Virus record (IMG/VR): IMGVR_UViG_3300029763_000003
DNA: 58,211 nucleotides
Direction: 5' to 3' (one strand)
Source of the DNA: a virus
Position 1 is the stretch's first letter, and each line of letters begins with the position of its first letter. The translations under genes and the position numbers were made by a program. Below, in pieces: positions 15,516 through 23,730 of this stretch. The notes beneath the pieces were generated by a model. It searched no databases. It was not told where the DNA came from and worked only from the letters and a program-made list of their open reading frames with translations.

Positions 15516-15878
15516 TCACCTCTTTTGCTCTTTTTCTACTCTTTCAAAGAAAAATTCGATTGGCTTTTCGTTTTCAATTACATTTCCATAAGCTACGCCG
15601 ATTTTATAAATGTAGTCGTTTCTTAGCTTGCGTGGAATTTCAGAAATGTATCGTCGGAACACTTCTAAGGAATTTGCACGTTTATAATGATTGCACATAC
15701 GACAAGCGGGCATGAGATTTGAAACGTCATTGGCGTTTTTGTCTTTTGTTTCCCACGACCGTAATGGTTTGAAATGATCTACTTGCATATCCTTGTAAGA
15801 GATTTCTTTCCCGCAATAAGCACAGCGTCCGCCGTATTTTTGATATATAATTTCACGAATTTTTTTGTTAATTGACAT
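15516..15878 (-). CDS. HNH endonuclease.
   Basis: CAYCGKEISYKDMQVDHFKP...NLMPACRMCNHYK. Confidence 0.8.
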   Translation of the reverse strand: MSINKKIREIIYQKYGGRCAYCGKEISYKDMQVDHFKPLRSWETKDKNANDVSNLMPACRMCNHYKRANSLEVFRRYISEIPRKLRNDYIYKIGVAYGNVIENEKPIEFFFERVEKEQKR

Positions 15879-16065
15879 TACATGCCTCCGACAAAAAAGT
15901 TTTGCAAAATACGCCTCGTTCACTCTTTAGCAAAATTTGTTCTGCCTGATTGAATACGTCATCTGGAACTGAAAGTTCAATGGTTCCATCGTTTTTCTTC
16001 GCAATCACGTTAATAATCAAAATATCCGGTTCTATATTTTTCATTTTTGGTTTGGGTGTTGCCAT
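15868..16065 (-). CDS. Hypothetical protein (65 aa).
   Basis: RBS AAGGAGG. Confidence 0.5.
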   Translation of the reverse strand: MATPKPKMKNIEPDILIINVIAKKNDGTIELSVPDDVFNQAEQILLKSERGVFCKTFLSEACNVN

Positions 16066-16068
16066 GTA

Positions 16069-16395
16069 TCAGACCTCCTTGACAGGCTTCCAAACAGGGT
16101 ATGCGCATGGATGCTTTGCAACTACATTCCACAACCACTTATATGGATAACCTACGCAATCGGACTTTGTAATTTGCCCAGCAATCGCCGTCACATAGCC
16201 GTTTTCATCTGCATCTTCTTTCTTGGGCGGCTTCTCAAATGTGCTTATCCACAAGCCCTCAAAGCCAATTTCGCTATAAGAACAGGTTTCAAAATAGTGC
16301 GTAGCCATTCCAAGTTCCTGCTCAATATCGCTAAGGATGCTCTTGTCATCCTCGTCTGCTTCGGTTTCGAGAACAAGGTAAATTCGCTTTTTCAT
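16069..16395 (-). CDS. Hypothetical protein (108 aa).
   Basis: RBS GAAGAGG. Confidence 0.5.
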   Translation of the reverse strand: MKKRIYLVLETEADEDDKSILSDIEQELGMATHYFETCSYSEIGFEGLWISTFEKPPKKEDADENGYVTAIAGQITKSDCVGYPYKWLWNVVAKHPCAYPVWKPVKEV

Positions 16396-16399
16396 ACTC

Positions 16400-16567
16400 T
16401 TACCTCTTCATTTTCGTTTCGATGCCGTCTAGCTTACATGAAATCCACCAGACGGAACAACAGTTTTCAACCTGCCGCCACCAAGCGCACTTTTCTTTCT
16501 CGCAGACGCACCGACCAAGCGGATTGCTGGTCATCTTCATCGGGCAGTAAAGTTCGTTGTCCATCAT
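16400..16567 (-). CDS. Cys-rich small protein (55 aa).
   Basis: ATGA overlap with the upstream stop. Confidence 0.45.
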   Translation of the reverse strand: MMDNELYCPMKMTSNPLGRCVCEKEKCAWWRQVENCCSVWWISCKLDGIETKMKR

Positions 16568-16746
16568 TTCCACCCCATCACAACAGCCGTACAAACGGCC
16601 AGACACACGTTGACGAACAGCCAGACAAGCATTGCCTGCCGTTTTTCAAACAGGTTGTCTACCGTGTTTTTGATTGTCCGTTCAGACTGAACTACTACCG
16701 CCAGCAGGACTAAGCAGACCAGCCAGCGGGTTACAAATTCAAACAT
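16564..16746 (-). CDS. Small membrane protein.
   Basis: ATG at 16746 follows AAAGGTGGAG. Hydrophobic segments. Confidence 0.45.
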   Translation of the reverse strand: MFEFVTRWLVCLVLLAVVVQSERTIKNTVDNLFEKRQAMLVWLFVNVCLAVCTAVVMGWK

Positions 16747-16748
16747 TG

Positions 16749-17072
16749 TTAGCTCCACCTTTCTCTCAACTCTTTTTCTACCTGTTCTGACTTTGCGGTG
16801 ATGTAATCCGCAAACTCGTCAGTGGTCATGTTTTCGCTTTTGAACTGTCCAACCATCTCCCAGTACCTATCACCAATGCGGATGATTTTCTGCACCTGTT
16901 CATCGGTCAGGTCTGCATCGCACCGAAGATTCTGGATCAGTGCGCCCCATGTGGCGGTGACACCATCCAGAGCCATGCGAAAGCCGTACAACTGGTTCTG
17001 CCGTGCAATTTTGCGGAGGTTGGATGACATTGCCTGATTGCCATTCGAGGGGCGGTTTCTGCGCTTATTCAT
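16749..17072 (-). CDS. Hypothetical protein (107 aa).
   Basis: RBS AAGGAG. Confidence 0.5.
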   Translation of the reverse strand: MNKRRNRPSNGNQAMSSNLRKIARQNQLYGFRMALDGVTATWGALIQNLRCDADLTDEQVQKIIRIGDRYWEMVGQFKSENMTTDEFADYITAKSEQVEKELRERWS

Positions 17073-17328
17073 CTGACTGCTCCTTATCGGCGGAAAGCTC
17101 GAATGTAACTTTTAGCTTCTTGTTTCCAGTAACGCCCCACACTTTTTCGAGTTTCGCTTTGTCTAAACTATCCATTTCAATAACAAAATGAGACAGAACA
17201 GCGGAGACCGCTTCATCGGTCACATCAGACTTGCTTCTCCATAGTTGCAATCCATCTTTCCGTTGCTTCATCATCGTTCCGGCATAGATGGTTCCGAATA
17301 GCCCACATCCAACATAATATTCAGCCAT
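17065..17328 (-). CDS. Hypothetical protein (87 aa).
   Basis: RBS AAAGGAGAA before the ATG at 17328. Confidence 0.5.
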   Translation of the reverse strand: MAEYYVGCGLFGTIYAGTMMKQRKDGLQLWRSKSDVTDEAVSAVLSHFVIEMDSLDKAKLEKVWGVTGNKKLKVTFELSADKEQSDE

Positions 17329-17623
17329 TTTTATTCTCCTTTGCTTCAAGGCGAGAGAGCCAACGGGCTTCCTTTTCGTGTTGCATTTTCTGCATTCGAT
17401 CAAAGGCTGCATCGTCCAAGTCCAAAGCAATACTGCAGTTCACAACATCTGCATATTCTTCCTCAAATGCCTTTCGGCATTCTTTCACGCTCTTCGGTGT
17501 CGGGTTCGTGCCATCCAGCGCACGGCGCAGCTTCAACGCAGCCTGTGCCAGCTCGGATGCTTCTTCTGCCAACTGCGCCAAGATTTCCGTCTCGGGCAAG
17601 ATGTCTGAAACTTTCTTGCTCAC
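17321..17623 (-). CDS. MazG-like nucleotide pyrophosphohydrolase.
   Basis: GTG start follows AAAGGAGAA. LAQLAEEASELAQAALKL...EEEYADVVN matches the EExxE...D pattern of MazG-like proteins. Confidence 0.5.
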   Translation of the reverse strand: MSKKVSDILPETEILAQLAEEASELAQAALKLRRALDGTNPTPKSVKECRKAFEEEYADVVNCSIALDLDDAAFDRMQKMQHEKEARWLSRLEAKENKNG

Positions 17624-17636
17624 TTCTGTTCTCCTT

Positions 17637-18041
17637 TCAGTCGATGTACCGCCATGCAACGATTTTGACATCACTTGAAACCCACTCACCACTGCTTTGA
17701 AACCAGCGTTTATCGTTATATCTACGGTACGCAATGTCGAGGTCTCCATTTTCAAGCTTTATTTCGACAGCCGCTCCACATTGCGGTTGAGTAGTCATGT
17801 TTTTCCATTCGTTCTTGTTTTCGTTGTCTGGTTTTTCTTTGTTTGGCTCTAACCAGTCATTCAGTTCTTTCATGCAGGACGGACAAAGTTGAATCGGTTC
17901 TTCGCCCAGTCCAAAACGGTTGTGTTCCACCGTGCAATCTAAGAACAGAATCGAATTTGCAGTACCGTAGCAATCGTTTATGTCATGCACTTTCCGATTA
18001 AAAATCTCACCGCACCTGTCGCACTTAAAGACAACCCTCAC
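17637..18041 (-). CDS. Zinc-ribbon protein with a DUF551-like C-terminus; paralog of 18038-18358.
   Basis: CDRCGEIF...LCPSCMKELNDWL is shared with its neighbour. Confidence 0.5.
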   Translation of the reverse strand: MRVVFKCDRCGEIFNRKVHDINDCYGTANSILFLDCTVEHNRFGLGEEPIQLCPSCMKELNDWLEPNKEKPDNENKNEWKNMTTQPQCGAAVEIKLENGDLDIAYRRYNDKRWFQSSGEWVSSDVKIVAWRYID

Positions 18042-18358
18042 TCTTTTATTCCCTCCATTCTTGAACCACAGTTAGGGCAATAATCAAAATCCGATACACG
18101 TTCATACGGCGAGAGTTTGTATTCTGCTCTGCATTTGTCACACTCGATTGAGTTGCTTTCATGGTCGTAAATCCATTTTGCTTGTCGTTCCTGTTCTCCT
18201 TTCAACCAATCGTTCAGCTTTGCCATGCAAGAGGGGCAAAGAAGAACGCCCCACCCTTCTTCCCCTCCAATTATTGGACGAACTTCAATTTTCCTATTCA
18301 TTTTGTTCCATTCTTCAAGCGTAAACGTTTCGCCACACCTATTACATATCAATGCCAT
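18038..18358 (-). CDS. Zinc-ribbon protein (paralog).
   Basis: CNRCGETF...LCPSCMAKLNDWL...CPNCG. Confidence 0.5.
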   Translation of the reverse strand: MALICNRCGETFTLEEWNKMNRKIEVRPIIGGEEGWGVLLCPSCMAKLNDWLKGEQERQAKWIYDHESNSIECDKCRAEYKLSPYERVSDFDYCPNCGSRMEGIKE

Positions 18359-18875
18359 GTTCTTTCTCCAATCTTTTTAGCAATCCATCCACGTCATACC
18401 GCCAATGGACACGCAGCCTTTTTGCTTTGACCTCTATTCCCCCTTGCTCTGCCCACTGCCAAGGGATGCTCTTCCTGCCCTCGTTGTAACGGAACGCCAG
18501 AACCTTGCTGGCAGGGATTGCAAAGGTGCGATTGACCGCCCTGTAATTGACTATCACATGGGCGGTCTGACCTCCGTACCCCATCGCTTCCACCATGTCA
18601 GTGATGTGCTTTTCCTTGCGGTACTTGCACTTTTCCTTGTCATACTTACCAAACACCTTTTCCAAAGGGATAGAGGGCGTTTCGATGGTTTTCAGTTCAA
18701 ACAGGTGGTTCATCGGGTATCGGTACACAAGGAAATCGCAGATGTTGTCGATGGAAAAGGATAGGTTCTCGTTGCCGCCGTAGTATGTAGCAGCACTGTC
18801 TTTCAGACGGTAGCACCACGCATCGGATGGGATGGATGCCTTGAAGTCTGCTTCAAACTGCTTGCCGGTGTTCAT
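18342..18875 (-). CDS. RecU-like Holliday-junction resolvase.
   Basis: GKQFEADFKASI...DFLVY...LFELKT matches the D..(E)xK nuclease core pattern of RecU (from memory). Confidence 0.55.
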   Translation of the reverse strand: MNTGKQFEADFKASIPSDAWCYRLKDSAATYYGGNENLSFSIDNICDFLVYRYPMNHLFELKTIETPSIPLEKVFGKYDKEKCKYRKEKHITDMVEAMGYGGQTAHVIVNYRAVNRTFAIPASKVLAFRYNEGRKSIPWQWAEQGGIEVKAKRLRVHWRYDVDGLLKRLEKEHGIDM

Positions 18876-19063
18876 TCGTTGCCCTCGATTTTTTTGGCTT
18901 CTCTGATACGCAGCCGAGCAAGTTCACTATTTGCATATCGCAGTTGCCAGCTACCAAACCAGCCTTTGTGAACAAGTTTTCCGGCGCAGTAAACAAACTC
19001 CTGCTTCATCAAGTCATCAAGTGAAATGATGTAACCGCCCGGCTTATACTTTCTTTTGCTCAT
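18872..19063 (-). CDS. Hypothetical protein (63 aa).
   Basis: RBS AAAGGTG. Confidence 0.5.
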   Translation of the reverse strand: MSKRKYKPGGYIISLDDLMKQEFVYCAGKLVHKGWFGSWQLRYANSELARLRIREAKKIEGNE

Positions 19064-19081
19064 CCTCGTTCACCTTTAAGC

Positions 19082-19357
19082 TCACGGAATATGAGTTGCT
19101 TTGTCAGCTGGCTTTTCCATTTCCTTCATGATTCGCTTGTGTTCTTCAGTAGTCATGTTGTTTGGAAAGAAACACCTGTCAACAATCTCAAACGGCTCAA
19201 TATAATGGTCAAGAACATCTCTTGCTTCTTCTCGTGCCTTTTCGACACACATTTCGATGTAATCATCTTCTGTCATGTTGTAATCGGTAATACAATCTAC
19301 AACCGAAGAAAACCGACACAGCAAACCGTTAGGCTGTCTTGCAATAAAAGCTCCCAT
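19082..19357 (-). CDS. Hypothetical protein (91 aa).
   Basis: RBS GGGGTG. It abuts the upstream stop. Confidence 0.5.
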   Translation of the reverse strand: MGAFIARQPNGLLCRFSSVVDCITDYNMTEDDYIEMCVEKAREEARDVLDHYIEPFEIVDRCFFPNNMTTEEHKRIMKEMEKPADKATHIP

Positions 19358-19573
19358 TTATTGTTCACCCCTAAATTCATTTCCGAGAAACCGTTTCTTG
19401 CCTTTTTCTCGGTGCTTGTCCTCGTAGTCACGGTGGTACACGCTCTGGCTACGGTTCAGTTCATACACGAATGCCTTGCGTTCCTCAAAGTCTTTCTTCT
19501 CTGCCTTGTACTTCTCGCAAGTATCGTGACAGGCTGTGTGGCGTGATGTGCAGTTTAGACAGCAGGTAATCAT
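19358..19573 (-). CDS. Cys/His-rich small protein (71 aa).
   Basis: CCLNCTSRHTACHDTC motif. Confidence 0.5.
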   Translation of the reverse strand: MITCCLNCTSRHTACHDTCEKYKAEKKDFEERKAFVYELNRSQSVYHRDYEDKHREKGKKRFLGNEFRGEQ

Positions 19574-19626
19574 CTTTCCAAACGCCCGTCCAGCCAGATA
19601 GCGCAGCTCTTATATAAGGTAGGCGG

Positions 19627-20037
19627 TCAAGACGAAGGAACTTCTTCGCAGATGGTTTCGAGTTCTTCAACATCTGCTGGCTCAAAAACAAGAGATGCGC
19701 CTTCGCATTCATATTTCTTTGCTTCCCAGTCCACTTTGAATTTTTCAAAATCGTTCTTGTATCGAGGGAACGGATGCGTTTGCTCTGCGTAATAAACGCC
19801 CATCATAACTTTTTCATCATCTTCTGGCTTCCAGCTTTCGAGATGATAACTTTCGTGGTTGTCATACTCCCAAAGGGACAGTTCAACAATCAATCCAGAA
19901 AAAGCATCGTACATCTGTTGGAGACTTTCAAAATCCCGATAAACCAGCCCTTGCCCCTTGTGGGATTCTTTGATTTGTTCGATGCTTTTCCCGCCAGTTT
20001 TCAGGCGGCATCGAACTACTTTCGGACGGTAAAACAT
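19627..20037 (-). CDS. Hypothetical protein (136 aa).
   Basis: RBS GAAAGGAA. Confidence 0.5.
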   Translation of the reverse strand: MFYRPKVVRCRLKTGGKSIEQIKESHKGQGLVYRDFESLQQMYDAFSGLIVELSLWEYDNHESYHLESWKPEDDEKVMMGVYYAEQTHPFPRYKNDFEKFKVDWEAKKYECEGASLVFEPADVEELETICEEVPSS

Positions 20038-20076
20038 AGCGTTCCTTTCTCGCCTTTTGTTCCGGTAGCGTAACCG

Positions 20077-20649
20077 TTAGTTAAAAGGGAGCGAACCGTC
20101 GTCCTCAATCACGGAAAAGTCATCGTTCACACCCTGCGAGTAGCCGGAGCCAGACCCACCAGACAGCGTTTTCTTCGGTCTGACTTCATAATCGCCGGAA
20201 CGAATCTTGTCCACGCTGGTAAAGCGGTCAACAACGAGCTTGGTCTTGACGTTGCCATCGTTGCCCATGTACTCTTCCTCACGGAGAACCACGCCGACCA
20301 GCTTGCCACGCAGGGCCTTTTCATCGTTGTTGAACTTGTAGCCGGGATTGGACTGCTCCACAGCGGTGATGAAACCCTTGAAGAATGGCAGCGCCTTCTC
20401 TTTGTAGCTCTTGATGGTCTTGCCGCCCCATGCCCATTCGCCCGGATTCAGCTTACCGCGCTCGATAAGGGAAGCTGTCTGCTCACGCCAGTAACCCTTG
20501 AACTCGCCCTCTGCGACTTCCCACTCGATGTTCAGACGCTCCTTTGCGGGTTCGTCCGTTGCCTTGCAGATACCGGCAACATAGCCGCCAACAGGCAAGT
20601 CACGGCGTTCGGTGGCTTCCTGCACGTCATTCCAGTTGATGTTCTTCAT
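20077..20649 (-). CDS. Phage SSB-like protein (DUF669-type) with an acidic SSB-style C-terminal tip.
   Basis: It lies next to the Sak4-like ATPase. The C-terminus is DDFSVIEDDGSLPFN. Confidence 0.5.
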   Translation of the reverse strand: MKNINWNDVQEATERRDLPVGGYVAGICKATDEPAKERLNIEWEVAEGEFKGYWREQTASLIERGKLNPGEWAWGGKTIKSYKEKALPFFKGFITAVEQSNPGYKFNNDEKALRGKLVGVVLREEEYMGNDGNVKTKLVVDRFTSVDKIRSGDYEVRPKKTLSGGSGSGYSQGVNDDFSVIEDDGSLPFN

Positions 20650-20652
20650 CTG

Positions 20653-21285
20653 TTACTCTCCTTTGCTGTCCGGCTGAACCGGGATGTTGTAATACTCACG
20701 GATGGTCTTGTCTACGGCGGCGAGGTCGTTCTCGATCAGTGCATCGTTGAACATTCCCAGAGGGGTTTTCACGGTGTCCATCCCATCATTGCGAGTGCTG
20801 AACAGGTATCGCCCATCCTGTACAACGGTTTTCAGGACGATGGTGAAGTACCCCTCCACGCAGACCTTCTCGTCCAGCAGCTTACCGATGGTCTTGAACT
20901 TCTCGCCACCGTCTCCGTCACGCTCGCTGTGACCGAAAAAGTAGACCACAACATCATCCGGCAGTTCTTTCGCCCGCATCAGCAAGGTGTTGAAGTTGGC
21001 TGCCATGTCGGTAAACTTCTGGTATCCAGCGACCTTTGCGTTCCGCATGAACTCGCCAGTCATAAGGTAGGTGGCATCGTCAATGACGATGGACTTACGC
21101 TTGGTGCTGTGGATTGCAGCATCAATCTTGCCGTAGTCGTTTGTGATATAGGTTTTCATGTTGCTGCGGAACGGCAGCGGCTTTCCAAGCACGTTGATAA
21201 CCGCAACCTGTTCCGGGTCAAAGTTCCGAAGCGAAGCGGATTTACCGCTGCCGGAGTGACCGTAGACCATTACTAATACTGCCAT
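20653..21285 (-). CDS. Sak4-like (AAA_24) recombination ATPase.
   Basis: Walker A VYGHSGSGKSASL and Walker B SIVIDDATY. About 210 aa. Confidence 0.65.
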   Translation of the reverse strand: MAVLVMVYGHSGSGKSASLRNFDPEQVAVINVLGKPLPFRSNMKTYITNDYGKIDAAIHSTKRKSIVIDDATYLMTGEFMRNAKVAGYQKFTDMAANFNTLLMRAKELPDDVVVYFFGHSERDGDGGEKFKTIGKLLDEKVCVEGYFTIVLKTVVQDGRYLFSTRNDGMDTVKTPLGMFNDALIENDLAAVDKTIREYYNIPVQPDSKGE

Positions 21286-21300
21286 TTTTCTTTCCTTTCT

Positions 21301-21350
21301 TCGGCTTCATTAGGCTTCATTGTTCTTACTTTGGCTTAACTTGGCTGTAC
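21301..21350 (-). repeat. Mini-array of the same 10-bp-phased RAGCC decamers as at 28771-28970, in inverted orientation.
   Basis: Plus-strand text tcGGCTtcat taGGCTtcat tgttcttact ttGGCTtaac ttGGCTgtac. This corresponds on the minus strand to gtacAGCCaa gttaAGCCaa agtaagaaca atgaAGCCta atgaAGCCga. Confidence 0.7.
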
Positions 21351-21354
21351 AAAA

Positions 21355-21549
21355 TCAACCAGCCATCAGCTCCTCCAACTGTGCCCGGAGGTCTTTCAAC
21401 TCCGCTTCCCTGTCCTCGATTTCAGACCGCAAGTCCTCAATCTCAGCCAGCCGGTCAGCTTCTTTGGCTTCTGCTTCCTGCTCATGGGTCAGGAAATACA
21501 CGCCGTCCTCCGGCTCTGTAACGCCACCGAACCTGTCAAGGTTAATCAT
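21355..21549 (-). CDS. Acidic coiled-coil small protein (64 aa).
   Basis: Internal ATG at 21549. The longer ORF-track start overlaps the upstream gene. Confidence 0.45.
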   Translation of the reverse strand: MINLDRFGGVTEPEDGVYFLTHEQEAEAKEADRLAEIEDLRSEIEDREAELKDLRAQLEELMAG

Positions 21550-21736
21550 CTTTTGGTCTCCCCCTCTTACGTTTCTCTTTGATTTGCAACGCACTGTACC
21601 ACTGGTCTTTGTCAATTTCGATGGTAGACCACCGATGGTTACAGACAAGGCACTTTTTTCTGCGAACGATGCTGTCGTGGTCTGACCGGCTGTCAACCGT
21701 TGTAATGTTGTCGCTACCGCACACTGGGCATTTCAC
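21542..21736 (-). CDS. NrdR-like zinc-ribbon small protein.
   Basis: KCPVCGSDNITTVDSRSDHDSIVRRKKCLVCNHRWSTIE resembles the NrdR N-terminal zinc ribbon. The GTG start is coupled to the upstream stop (GTGA). Confidence 0.5.
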   Translation of the reverse strand: MKCPVCGSDNITTVDSRSDHDSIVRRKKCLVCNHRWSTIEIDKDQWYSALQIKEKRKRGRPKDD

Positions 21737-21996
21737 CGTACATCCCTCCACTTGTTAGTATGAGCGGGAATGCGGTTCAACTTCCCCATCCGTTCGTTAT
21801 CTTCGTGCTCTTTTTCCGAGCTCACTCCAAGCGCACACAAAACCAGAGCGGTGGCTAGTAACATCAGCGAAACAAATGCCCATCCAAGCATCTGTACTGT
21901 ACTCTCGCATCCATTTATTGTATCGCCACAGCTAACGGCTACGATTGCGGCGACGATACCAAGTATGGTAAGCACGTTTCCTTTTACGGTTTTCAT
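21733..21996 (-). CDS. Membrane protein (87 aa, 2 TM).
   Basis: Hydrophobic segments LTILGIVAAIVAV and WAFVSLMLLATALVLCALG. Confidence 0.5.
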   Translation of the reverse strand: MKTVKGNVLTILGIVAAIVAVSCGDTINGCESTVQMLGWAFVSLMLLATALVLCALGVSSEKEHEDNERMGKLNRIPAHTNKWRDVR

Positions 21997-22229
21997 TTTG
22001 TCCCTTCTTTCAGAATGATATCGAATAAAAATGGTTTGCTTGCATCAATCACGACTATTGCATTTAGCACTTCAGCTATTTTTGCAAGCGTATCAGCCTT
22101 AACGCCCGTCTTGTATGGCGCTTTATTCGGGCTTGTAATGTTGTATATCGTTGGAGCCGACACGCCACTTCTGCGGATAAGCTCCGATGCCTTCATATCG
22201 CGTTCTTCAAGAGCGGCTTCCAGCGTCAT
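21993..22229 (-). CDS. XRE-family HTH protein (78 aa).
   Basis: ATG at 22229 follows AGAGGAAAAGG. MKASELIRRSGVSAPTIYNI. Confidence 0.55.
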   Translation of the reverse strand: MTLEAALEERDMKASELIRRSGVSAPTIYNITSPNKAPYKTGVKADTLAKIAEVLNAIVVIDASKPFLFDIILKEGTK

Positions 22230-22435
22230 GCCTTTTCCTCTGTGTTCTTTGATTCTCTGCGTCTGAAAATCCAACCGGTTGTCATCAAAGCGCCAACACC
22301 TATGATGTACCATGTCGCCTTAGCTCCGACTAAAAGCTCGATGTGATGCACCAGCCAGAAGTTCAGCAGAAACACTGCGAGAATAAACGCTAAGACAATG
22401 CCCCAGATCATGGCGATTTCTACAAGTGCTTTCAT
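22226..22435 (-). CDS. Small membrane protein (69 aa).
   Basis: RBS AGGAGA. Two hydrophobic segments. Confidence 0.5.
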   Translation of the reverse strand: MKALVEIAMIWGIVLAFILAVFLLNFWLVHHIELLVGAKATWYIIGVGALMTTGWIFRRRESKNTEEKA

Positions 22436-22515
22436 TTTTCTCCTTTCGTTTTTGAATGTTTTTCAGCCGTTCCTTTTCACGGCTGTGCCAACGGATTTCC
22501 CGCTGGTCGTAGTAT

Positions 22516-22941
22516 TTACCATTCATAAGTCAGTTCCCCTGTTGCAAGCATCCTCGATACCTCACCGTAATGCTTGCCCATCTTATCTGCAAGAGCTTGA
22601 ACCTGCCCTATGGATGGAATCTTTTTTTCTTCCAGTGCTTTCTCGTTTAAGGCTCGTTCTCTTCGTATGCTCTGATGTTTCGCAATACTTGCAAAAGCTG
22701 CATCTTTCGCGCAATCTTTGTGGTACTTTTGTGCCGCAGACATTTTAATCATTGGCTTACCGCACCATTGGCACACGGTTTTTACTGGAGTGAACCCACG
22801 TCCTGAACTCAATGCTTTACGTCTCGCGCGCTTTTGTTCGCACGAGGCATCCCTTTTACATTGTGTGCAATATTTTTTGCGTGGGTTTACCCTACCCAAA
22901 AAAACTCCGCAGCGCTCGCAATATTTAATCTCCATCTTCAT
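22516..22941 (-). CDS. Double zinc-ribbon protein (141 aa).
   Basis: CERCG..CTQC and CQWCG...HKDC. Confidence 0.5.
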   Translation of the reverse strand: MKMEIKYCERCGVFLGRVNPRKKYCTQCKRDASCEQKRARRKALSSGRGFTPVKTVCQWCGKPMIKMSAAQKYHKDCAKDAAFASIAKHQSIRRERALNEKALEEKKIPSIGQVQALADKMGKHYGEVSRMLATGELTYEW

Positions 22942-22946
22942 TCGGT

Positions 22947-23102
22947 TTACCCGCTTTTTTTGGCTTCCCGATTGTGCCGTTCAAAGCACTGGTTGATGGA
23001 TTTCTCCATCCATAGCACCTTGTTAGCATCGTTTCTGGATACGCCAGCAGCCATTGCAAGCTTTAGCCTGCGCTTACGGCTTTGCGCTTTACGAAATTTC
23101 AT
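22947..23102 (-). CDS. Small basic protein (51 aa), not in the ORF track.
   Basis: TGATG overlap with the upstream stop. Translation: MKFRKAQSRKRRLKLAMAAGVSRNDANKVLWMEKSINQCFERHNREAKKSG. Confidence 0.4.
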   Translation of the reverse strand: MKFRKAQSRKRRLKLAMAAGVSRNDANKVLWMEKSINQCFERHNREAKKSG

Positions 23103-23482
23103 CACCAGCACTCACCAGCCTTATCTATGATGAACTTCGGGACTTCCTTTCCTGTGGCAATGCACAGCGCAACTAGCTTTTCGACCCAGATGTCAAACAG
23201 GCTTTCTTTTGGCATATAGCACTGGCCAACGCAAGGCTCCTTAAAGCTTTTCCAGATTGTCAGGCCGACAGCGCCATCCGTAACCGTCCATATCATACTG
23301 TAGCCTTCATTGCACAGGTTGTGCAAAATGTCTCGTGCTCTGCTTTTGGCTTCGTTGATTTCAAAGGCATCCCAGCGCTTTTTGCTTTCTTCGTAGGCCT
23401 TGACCGCCTCGTCAATGGCGTGGTGCGCTTCTTCCGGGTGCTCAAGGTCAACTTCAACCTTTAAAGTGATAAACCGCCTCAT
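23102..23482 (-). CDS. Hypothetical protein (126 aa).
   Basis: RBS GAAGGAGGA. Confidence 0.55.
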   Translation of the reverse strand: MRRFITLKVEVDLEHPEEAHHAIDEAVKAYEESKKRWDAFEINEAKSRARDILHNLCNEGYSMIWTVTDGAVGLTIWKSFKEPCVGQCYMPKESLFDIWVEKLVALCIATGKEVPKFIIDKAGECW

Positions 23483-23484
23483 GT

Positions 23485-23703
23485 TCAGTCCTCCTTCTGC
23501 TCGATTTCAAGAATCTTGCAGATGCTCTGGATAATCTTCTCCGGCTTTCGCTCGCCACGAAGAATCTTGTAGAGGTACGAATCGTCAAGGAACAATCCAG
23601 TATCGCTTTGAACCGCCTGAATCAGCTCCGTTTGCTTCATACCTCGCTGCAACAGCTTCATCTTCACTTCCAGCTCAAAGCCAGAACGGAAGTTTTCTTT
23701 CAA
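23485..23703 (-). CDS. Cro-like HTH regulator, first gene of the early operon.
   Basis: TTG start follows GGAGGTG. MKQTELIQAVQSDTGLFLDDSYLYKILRGERKP. Divergent from the repressor gene. Confidence 0.6.
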   Translation of the reverse strand: MKENFRSGFELEVKMKLLQRGMKQTELIQAVQSDTGLFLDDSYLYKILRGERKPEKIIQSICKILEIEQKED

Positions 23704-23730
23704 AATTCCACCTCCATTTGCTAAAATCTA

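Noticed and set aside
22320-22526. 68-aa ORF overlapping the membrane-protein gene 22226-22435 in another frame.
   Set aside because: Its 116-nt out-of-frame overlap is with a gene that has a better RBS (AGGAGA). Only the first 30 or so basic residues look protein-like, so I left it uncalled.
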